From the NCBI GenBank assembly GCA_964444865.1, contig CAYUJE010000001.1, positions 2,500 to 66,499 of the forward strand: a stretch of 64,000 bases of DNA. Direction: 5' to 3'. The notes beneath the pieces were generated by a model that did not search any database, had not been told where the DNA came from, and was given only the letters and a program-made list of their open reading frames with translations. Positions 57,084 to 64,000 of this stretch are shown in pieces. The stretch is from an uncultured Pirellulaceae bacterium. GTDB lineage: Bacteria; Planctomycetota; Planctomycetia; Pirellulales; Pirellulaceae. Position numbers and translations under genes: made by a program. Position 1 is the stretch's first letter; each line of letters starts with the position of its first letter.

Positions 57084-58913
57084 TTAACGTCCCTTTATCA
57101 GCATCGTTTCGCGGCACTCAAAATCGAGTGCCTCGCGATAAATCCAGCAGGCATATCTTCGAATGCCTAGCCGGCACAGGAGCAGAATGAGAAACGCGGG
57201 TGCCACCACGTAACTCAGCGGGACAAAAACGAGAAGTGCCGCAGAAACCCAGAGGATAACCAACGCCGTGAAGGCGACAAGACCCGCCGCACGACGCCAA
57301 TTCAGTGACAAAGGTACGCTGGTGCAAAAGAGCAACCAACCAAAGGTGTCCGCGAACAGGCCAAAGAGAATGGCAAACTCCACGGCCCACAGGAATGAGC
57401 AACTAATCAGGTTTGGGGCGAAGAGCCAATCGAGCGAAGCGATGGCCAGAAGTTGCGGCAGCCAGAACGGCAGCCGGCCGAGGATGATTTTTTGCTGCAT
57501 GGCAATGAGTTCTTCCAGTCCCAGCGGATAAACCGGGTGGAGGCCGATATACGTCGGCTGCTGCTGTTTGGCCTGATACCAGCGCAGATGCACCAGCATG
57601 TCGACATACAAAATCATCAACAGCCACAGCATGAAACCGATCGCGATTACGCTGGTTGGCTTGTCGGGGTGATTACCGCATAAGGCGGCGATTTCAAATC
57701 CCGCCCAGGCAATCGCCACCCCCGCCAAGGTAATACCCGTGGAAATGAGCCAGGCGAAGCTCCACCGCGGATGCCCACGATAGACATATTCCACCAAAGT
57801 CCGCTGCCGTTTCGTCATCCAGCGGGAGATAAGCCCTTCCATCCAGCCGCACCGATCCCAGGAATGCCAGAGCTGGCAGCGAATTTTCGCAAGGATACTT
57901 TCCGGCGTGAGAGCAAGCGGCGAAGCGACCTCAGTCGCATCCGTGACAGGACCAACGTTGTGAATTGGTTCCGGAGATTGGCAACCTGCCTCCAAAGGGG
58001 TGGGAATGCCAGATTCAAAAACGGGTGTCACCTTGCCGTCCGCCCCAATCAGGATTTCCCGTATGCGAAAACCTTTCCGCAGCCAGTTTGCTGCATAAAT
58101 CCAGGTCGCCCCAGTCGCGGCGATGTATCCGATGACGAGTGGGTGGGGTTCAAAAAAGAGATGGCAAAGGATGCCGTTCACCCAGCCGGTGGGAACCATC
58201 AACATCAGCTCGCTCATCCCCTGCAAGGGCGTCCAAGGAATGATCGAGGCCATCCCGGCAAACCAGATCAGCGGTATGGCGAATAGCCCGGCGAACACCC
58301 AATAGGCGTTCTGCTGGCGCGAGGTGCGGATGGCTGAGCACCAGAGGATGACCAGTGCCATCAAGTGCCAGGCGTTGAGAGGAATCGAAAGAATCAGCGC
58401 GGCGAGTTGCCAGGGGGTCAGATGCGCGGCAATGGCAATGCTAACGGCGAGCATCGCCAAAACATACGCAAGATAGACAAGTCCGCTGAGCCAGTTCCAA
58501 TGGCTGCGGCGGTTGAGTTCTTCGTCGGATACCGGCCAGTAGGTTGCTGCCATCAAGTCCTTCTGCTGGCAGAAGCAAGCCCAGCCATTCATCAGGGCGG
58601 CCGAAGCGATGGCGGCGATGAGCATGGCCTGGCCGGCGAAAAGAGGGCCTATCTCGGGGGTCAGGCGGTTCAGTGGAGAATTTGTTAGATCCAAGAAGAG
58701 GTCGACGAGTGGCAGTTGCAAGGGAACTGTAAAGCTCAAAGGCATCATGAACAGTGCCGCGAAAATGATCGCCGGTGTCCCTAAACAGACTCCCAAACGC
58801 CATACCCAGTCCCAGCGATGGCGGCGGCGATACTCTTCGAGGATTGCAGGCGAACGGTGGATTTCCGCTCGCAAGAGTCGTCGCGTTTCGGATTCAAGAT
58901 GGGAGCGGTTCAT
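57084..58913 (-). CDS. large polytopic membrane protein (putative permease partner of the ABC ATPase)
   Basis: 609-aa ORF with many hydrophobic helices. Its start overlaps the ABC ATPase stop by 4 nt. Confidence 0.6.
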   Translation of the reverse strand: MNRSHLESETRRLLRAEIHRSPAILEEYRRRHRWDWVWRLGVCLGTPAIIFAALFMMPLSFTVPLQLPLVDLFLDLTNSPLNRLTPEIGPLFAGQAMLIAAIASAALMNGWACFCQQKDLMAATYWPVSDEELNRRSHWNWLSGLVYLAYVLAMLAVSIAIAAHLTPWQLAALILSIPLNAWHLMALVILWCSAIRTSRQQNAYWVFAGLFAIPLIWFAGMASIIPWTPLQGMSELMLMVPTGWVNGILCHLFFEPHPLVIGYIAATGATWIYAANWLRKGFRIREILIGADGKVTPVFESGIPTPLEAGCQSPEPIHNVGPVTDATEVASPLALTPESILAKIRCQLWHSWDRCGWMEGLISRWMTKRQRTLVEYVYRGHPRWSFAWLISTGITLAGVAIAWAGFEIAALCGNHPDKPTSVIAIGFMLWLLMILYVDMLVHLRWYQAKQQQPTYIGLHPVYPLGLEELIAMQQKIILGRLPFWLPQLLAIASLDWLFAPNLISCSFLWAVEFAILFGLFADTFGWLLFCTSVPLSLNWRRAAGLVAFTALVILWVSAALLVFVPLSYVVAPAFLILLLCRLGIRRYACWIYREALDFECRETMLIKGR

Positions 58914-59734
58914 GACCGGGCCGCCTGATTCTCTGCTCCTTCGGCCGTCGTGGATTCGTCTTCATCGAGCCAGCGCGAGAGCAGTGCGGGGACATCCGTT
59001 TTCTGGTCCTTCAAGTCGTGCAGCGATTCCCACGCCACCAACCGCCCTTTGTTCACGACGCAGACGCGAGTGGCAAGCGACTCAACCACTTCTACAAGCT
59101 GGGTGCTGTAAAGTATGGTTCGGCCTCGCTGGACGGCTTCCTGACAATGACGGCGGAAGGCGTTGAGTCCGCGGGAATCCATGCCGGTGGCGAAAGGCTC
59201 ATCGAGAATCCACAACTCCGGATCGACGGCAAGCAGCGCCACGAGCGCCGCCTTGTACATCTGGCCGCGCGAGAGCGTGCGCATGCTGGATTCCGCCACC
59301 GCCAGCAAATCAAATTCACGAAGCAGTGCGACAATTGTCTGCGGCAGTGTCTTGTCATCTTCTTTCTCGTACAGCCGCAGGAGCATCGAGATGTGGGCGA
59401 GCGGAGTCCAGTCCGGATAGACCGGCGCGAACTCCGGCAGAAAGGCCAGCCTGCGGCGAAGGTCCATTGCATCGCGGCCGAAGGGCTTGCCATCCATCTC
59501 AATCACGCCTGCGGTTGGCACGAGAATGCCGCCGAGCAGCCGCAGGAGCGTGGATTTGCCGGCACCATTCGCGCCGAGTACCGCCACGATTTCTCCGGGA
59601 GCAATTTCGAGGGACATTGCCTCCAGAGCTGCTACGGATCCGAAATGTTTGCGAACACCCTTGAGAGAAATTTGCATGTCTTGAGACTGCCTGGCCGTAT
59701 GACGAATGCCCGCAAGGAGTTCGCTGACGGGCAA
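58910..59734 (-). CDS. ABC transporter ATP-binding protein
   Basis: 274-aa ORF with Walker A GANGAGKSTLL, the signature LSRGQ and Walker B ILDEPF. Confidence 0.85.
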   Translation of the reverse strand: MPVSELLAGIRHTARQSQDMQISLKGVRKHFGSVAALEAMSLEIAPGEIVAVLGANGAGKSTLLRLLGGILVPTAGVIEMDGKPFGRDAMDLRRRLAFLPEFAPVYPDWTPLAHISMLLRLYEKEDDKTLPQTIVALLREFDLLAVAESSMRTLSRGQMYKAALVALLAVDPELWILDEPFATGMDSRGLNAFRRHCQEAVQRGRTILYSTQLVEVVESLATRVCVVNKGRLVAWESLHDLKDQKTDVPALLSRWLDEDESTTAEGAENQAARS

Positions 59735-59805
59735 CCGTTCTTGAACGGATTGCGTAAAGGCGGCAGCCGTAACAGCTTACGGCGTACTTTATCTCACTGA
59801 CAGGC

Positions 59806-61680
59806 CTACTCCACCGTCACGCTCTTTGCCAGATTCCGCGGCTTGTCCACGTCGCAGCCGCGGAGCAGGGCGATGTGGTAGGAGAGGAGTTGCAGCGGAA
59901 CGATGTTGACGAGGGGAGAGAGGAATTCCTCGACCTGAGGCACATAAATGACGTCGTCCGCCAGGCGGGCGGTTTCTTTGTCCCCTTCGGCGGTGATGGC
60001 GATGACGGGTCCACCGCGGGCTTTGATTTCTTCCAGGTTGGACATCACTTTGTCGAATACCGGTCCTTGGGGCATGATGAAGACGCTCGGCGTCTCTTGA
60101 TCCACGAGTGCAATCGGGCCGTGCTTCATTTCCGCGGCAGGGTAGCCTTCGGCGTGGATGTAGCTAATTTCTTTGAGCTTCAGCGCCCCTTCCAATGCGG
60201 TCGGAAAGTTGTACTGCCTGCCGAGGTAAAGGAAGGTCGAGGCGTGAGCGTACTTGGCGGCGATGCGGCGGATGTCACCACTTCTTTCGAGCGTCTGCTT
60301 GATGAGGTCCGGCGCGCCGCGAAGCTGTGTGATGACACGCCGCCCCGCTTCGTAGCTCATGTGCCGCATTCGGCCGAAATAGAGGGCCAGCATGGCGAGC
60401 GTGGTGACCTGTGACGTGTACGCCTTGGTGGAAGCGACGCCGATTTCCGGACCGGCATGCAAATAGATGCCACCGTTGGCCTCTTGGGCGATGGTACTGC
60501 CGACGACGTTGCAGATCGACAATGCCGGATGCCCCTTCCGCTTCATTTCGCGGAGCGCGGCCAGCGTGTCGGCCGTCTCTCCGCTTTGCGTGATGGCAAA
60601 CAGAAGCGTTCCCTGGTCCAGCGGCGGATTGCGATACCGCAATTCACTGGCGTACTCCACTTCCACGGGAATGCGAGCCAGTTCCTCAATCAAATACTCG
60701 CCGACAAGTGCCGCATGCCAACTGGTGCCGCAGGCCGTGAGGATGATGCGATTGACTCGGCGGAGATCCTGCGGTGAAAGATTCAAGCCGCCAAACACCG
60801 CCGATGCATCCTCGTCACTCAGCCGCCCGCGCATGGCCGCCGTGATCGACTCCGGCTGCTCGTGGATTTCCTTGAGCATGTAATGGGGAAAGCCACCGAG
60901 TTGCACGTCGGTGGACTCAATGGCCAGATCCTGAACCGAGTGCTCAATGCGCCCCTGATCGCGATGCTCAATCTGCAGGGTGTCGGCAGTGATAATCGCG
61001 ATTTGATGGTCGGCGAGGTACACGATTTTGTCGGTACGGCCGGCGAGAGGAGAGGCGTCACTGGCGATGTAGTGCTCCCCTTTGCCGACTCCCACGACCA
61101 GCGGACTGCCGAGCCGAGCCGCCACGATGACGCCAGGATAATCGCGAAAGAGCATCACCAGTCCATACGTCCCCCGGAGTTGGCTCAGCGTCTTCGTCAC
61201 TGCGGCCAGCAGAATGGCATGCGGTTCATCGGTGGGAAAATCGTCATGACGGGCTTCCAATTCCTCCAGCGAACTGGCGACCAGGTGAGCGACCGCTTCG
61301 GTGTCGGTGGAACTGTGGAATTGGTAGCCTTCCGCCTGCAGCTTCTGCTTGAGGCTTTGATAGTTTTCAATGACGCCGTTGTGCGCGAGTGCGACAACTC
61401 CGTTTCCACCAAGATGCGGATGGGCATTCGCCTCGGAAGGAATGCCGTGCGTGGCCCAGCGCGTGTGGCCGATGCCGAGACTGCCGGGAGTTGGAGTCGC
61501 GACAAGCTTAACCGCGAGGGCATCAATCCGGCCAACCGCCTTCGCGAGATGAAAATCTCCACCCCCCGTTCGCGTGGCAATTCCGGCGCTGTCATAGCCG
61601 CGATATTCCAGCCGGCGCAGCCCTTCCAGAAGAAAATCCGCTGCCTGCTTTTTTCCGACGTAACCGACAATGCCGCACAT
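59806..61680 (-). CDS. glmS: glutamine--fructose-6-phosphate aminotransferase
   Basis: The ORF extends to 61722. The catalytic N-terminus MCGIVGY begins at 61680. Two SIS domains are present and the C-terminus is ...AKSVTVE. Confidence 0.92.
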   Translation of the reverse strand: MCGIVGYVGKKQAADFLLEGLRRLEYRGYDSAGIATRTGGGDFHLAKAVGRIDALAVKLVATPTPGSLGIGHTRWATHGIPSEANAHPHLGGNGVVALAHNGVIENYQSLKQKLQAEGYQFHSSTDTEAVAHLVASSLEELEARHDDFPTDEPHAILLAAVTKTLSQLRGTYGLVMLFRDYPGVIVAARLGSPLVVGVGKGEHYIASDASPLAGRTDKIVYLADHQIAIITADTLQIEHRDQGRIEHSVQDLAIESTDVQLGGFPHYMLKEIHEQPESITAAMRGRLSDEDASAVFGGLNLSPQDLRRVNRIILTACGTSWHAALVGEYLIEELARIPVEVEYASELRYRNPPLDQGTLLFAITQSGETADTLAALREMKRKGHPALSICNVVGSTIAQEANGGIYLHAGPEIGVASTKAYTSQVTTLAMLALYFGRMRHMSYEAGRRVITQLRGAPDLIKQTLERSGDIRRIAAKYAHASTFLYLGRQYNFPTALEGALKLKEISYIHAEGYPAAEMKHGPIALVDQETPSVFIMPQGPVFDKVMSNLEEIKARGGPVIAITAEGDKETARLADDVIYVPQVEEFLSPLVNIVPLQLLSYHIALLRGCDVDKPRNLAKSVTVE

Positions 61681-61968
61681 GGTTTGGTGCCCTGATATGC
61701 CTGGAAATGATGATTCCGCCACTGCGCGGAACGAGCAAGGATAGCTTGCCCTTCGGCCCCTTCGAGCGGCTGCGGATCGTAGCAGAAAATCCGGTTATGA
61801 CGAAGCCAAACCGGCGCCCGCTTCACACGTTCTTCACGCCCGCTTCGCGGGAGTTTCCCGCACTTCTCCCCGAAGCTTCACCTTTAGCTAGCGGCGGCTT
61901 CATCGGCATCGTGACACTTAGGAGGCAAGAGAACTGACCAGAGCATCCTTCAACCCACGGAAGAACCC

Positions 61969-63153
61969 ATGTCCTTTTGCAATACGAACAGGCTTTCGAC
62001 GCAGGCCCCAGGATGGTGCCTCCCTCGAATCCGGCCTCGACGCGGTTTCACACTGGTTGAATTGCTGGTGGTGATTGCCATCATCGGCATTTTGATAGCC
62101 CTGCTTCTCCCGGCGATCAATCTGGCTCGTGCCGCCGCTCAGGATGTGGCCTGCAAAAACAATCTGCGGCAAATCGGAACGGCGCTCCACGCCCATGCGG
62201 TCAAGAACAACGGCCAGATGTGTACGGGAGCATTCGACTGGCTGCGAGACGGAGCGGTAACGGACAAGGGCTGGGTTGCGGACCTGGTCAATGCGGGAAT
62301 CCCTGTTGGCAAGATGCTCTGCCCTTCCAATGAGGCGAAGCTCTCAGCGACCTATGTGGACTTGTTGAACGTCGATGCGACCTCCTTTCCCACCAATGGA
62401 TGCGTTGATTTGCTTGGACGGCCTCAAAGCTATAACCCCGACGGCAGCCCTAAGCCCGCTCCTTGCCGCAACATCGCCACTTCGGCCATGGCCAGCGGAC
62501 CAAGCGAGGCCAGACGTCTCCTCGTCGAGCAACAGATTTATCTCAAGCACTACAACACCAATTACACCGCAAGTTGGTTCTTAGTCCGTGGTGGCATCCG
62601 ACTCGATTACAGCGGCAATCTGCTCGCCAGCAATCCGGCCTGCGGCACTGGGCTCTGGAATCCCAACAGCTGCACTGGGCCGCTGCGGCAATCGACGATT
62701 GACAATTCGGGCACACCAGCAAATTTCGTCCCCATCATGGGAGACGGAGCCTTTGGCCTTTCCTCGCTTTCACAAACCGTTGGCGACGTCCCCGCCGGTT
62801 CGTTTGTCGTGCAGCCCTACACCGCGGGTCCGGTTCTGGCCACGAATGGAGCCTTCGGCCAGGCATTCAGCCCACCTGTTTTTCCGAACGGAACACCCCG
62901 CGAGGGAGCCAGCGGCTGGTGGGGAGTTTGGAACAACCAGGCCCTGCAGGACTATCGCAACTTTGGCATGAATCATCGCAATAGCTGCAATGTCCTGTTT
63001 GCGGACGGCAGCGTGCGTGGAATTTCCGACCCCAATCGCGACGGACAACTCAACAACGGTTTCGCAGCCGGCGGCGGCTTTGCGGATAACGTGCTGGAAG
63101 TCCCCGCCAACGACTTTTACAGCAAATCCAGCCTGGGGACCGGTAATCCCTAG
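61969..63153 (+). CDS. DUF1559 protein with a prepilin-type N-terminal motif (long variant)
   Basis: 394-aa ORF with [27 protein letters not shown] and the C-terminal [14 protein letters not shown]. Confidence 0.8.
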   Translation: MSFCNTNRLSTQAPGWCLPRIRPRRGFTLVELLVVIAIIGILIALLLPAINLARAAAQDVACKNNLRQIGTALHAHAVKNNGQMCTGAFDWLRDGAVTDKGWVADLVNAGIPVGKMLCPSNEAKLSATYVDLLNVDATSFPTNGCVDLLGRPQSYNPDGSPKPAPCRNIATSAMASGPSEARRLLVEQQIYLKHYNTNYTASWFLVRGGIRLDYSGNLLASNPACGTGLWNPNSCTGPLRQSTIDNSGTPANFVPIMGDGAFGLSSLSQTVGDVPAGSFVVQPYTAGPVLATNGAFGQAFSPPVFPNGTPREGASGWWGVWNNQALQDYRNFGMNHRNSCNVLFADGSVRGISDPNRDGQLNNGFAAGGGFADNVLEVPANDFYSKSSLGTGNP

Positions 63154-63210
63154 GTCCAAACATTTCGGTTTACTTTCTATTCCCTGTTTTTAGTCAAGGA
63201 GATTGTTCGC

Positions 63211-64000
63211 ATGAAGAAACGTGGCTTTACACTCGTCGAGCTGTTGGTGGTGATCGCCATCATCGGCATCCTGGTAGCCTTGCTGCTGCCAGCAATCACT
63301 CGGGCTCGCGAATCGGCTCGCGACACCGCCTGCAAGAACAACTTGCGGCAATTCGGCATCGGACTTCAATTGTTTGCGGACAAGGACCCCGCCGGCCGCT
63401 TCTGCAGCGGTAACTGGGATCAGCGCCGCGACGGCTGCATGGACACCTATGGCTGGGTCGCCGACCTGGTCAACATTCAAGCGGCTCGTCCGCAAGATAT
63501 GATGTGCCCCAGCAACCCACTAATTGGTAACGAAAAGTACAATGACTTTATTGGCGGCAACATTACCGGCAAGGACGGGGCTGACCCAGCCAAAATCGTC
63601 GCTGGCATGTGCGGTCAGGCAACTTGGGGCGGAGCACCTACTGGATATTCCAATGCGACGCAGCCCCAACGCGGCAACCTTCTGGCGCGAGCACTTCTCG
63701 ACCGTGGATACGGAACCAACTACGCTGCCAGCTGGTTCCTGGGGCGCAGCGCTCCCAAGCTGGTTTCGAACACGGCCAGAGACAATTTTCTCACCTATAC
63801 CACGGACCCCAACTCCGCCAACTGGGAAGGTCTCAAGGGACTTAGTTCATCCCTGGGACCGCTAACTCGCCGATTGTTGGAAACTAGCCCGGTGGTCAGC
63901 TCGAATATCCCGCTCTTGGCCGATGCCTGTGCCGGTGATATCAACGAAGCTTCGCTTACAAACGACATTGCCTATGGCCCGACCGATCCTTGGGGCACTG
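63211..64000 (+). CDS. DUF1559 protein with a prepilin-type N-terminal motif (3'-truncated by the window end)
   Basis: The ATG at 63211 gives [29 protein letters not shown]. The frame is open to the window end. It is a paralogue of the preceding gene (shared WVADLVN and MCPSN motifs). Confidence 0.8.
   Translation, partial: MKKRGFTLVELLVVIAIIGILVALLLPAITRARESARDTACKNNLRQFGIGLQLFADKDPAGRFCSGNWDQRRDGCMDTYGWVADLVNIQAARPQDMMCPSNPLIGNEKYNDFIGGNITGKDGADPAKIVAGMCGQATWGGAPTGYSNATQPQRGNLLARALLDRGYGTNYAASWFLGRSAPKLVSNTARDNFLTYTTDPNSANWEGLKGLSSSLGPLTRRLLETSPVVSSNIPLLADACAGDINEASLTNDIAYGPTDPWGT

Noticed and set aside
61681-61968. A glmS ribozyme in the 290-nt glmS leader
   Set aside because: Reading the minus strand, I could not find the conserved glmS ribozyme core. 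An Rfam/Infernal scan would be decisive.

Overview
The window looks like a chromosomal segment of a Planctomycetota genome (Planctomycetia-like). The lineage call rests on recognised lineage-typical families, not on a search. These are a PSCyt/DUF1549/DUF1553 giant protein next to a Tat-signal DUF1501 protein, three DUF1559 proteins with prepilin-type N-termini, Tat-signal Gfo/Idh/MocA and DUF1080 proteins, two groEL copies, and several families of extragenic palindromes.

Most of the window is housekeeping: rpsA, dxr-rseP, ftsH, groEL-groES-groEL, dnaJ-grpE, ilvD, glmS, lutAB, polX, htrA and a nucleoside hydrolase. I found no rRNA, tRNA or CRISPR array.

The most interesting parts are:
1. An AT-richer island at about 52.9-55.5 kb. 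It holds three small same-strand ORFs, each delimited by an ...AAC/GTT... imperfect palindrome. This resembles an integron cassette array with attC-like sites, with no intact integrase in view.
2. A translationally coupled three-gene operon at 45.7-50.1 kb. It encodes a MotA/ExbB-type channel with a long helical tail and two single-pass coiled-coil proteins, one carrying a roughly 250-aa Gly/Ser-rich linker.
3. A PIN-type toxin-antitoxin-like module bracketed by a roughly 170-bp duplication of the polX 3' end. The toxin carries an in-frame TGA.
4. A GxxExxY (PD-(D/E)XK-like) gene flanked by 30-41-bp inverted repeats, inserted between the DUF1553 and DUF1501 genes. The layout recalls rRNA intervening sequences.
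5. A perfect sigma54 -24/-12 motif upstream of groEL-1.

Many long ORFs in the six-frame track are antisense shadows of real genes in this GC-rich DNA and are not reported.
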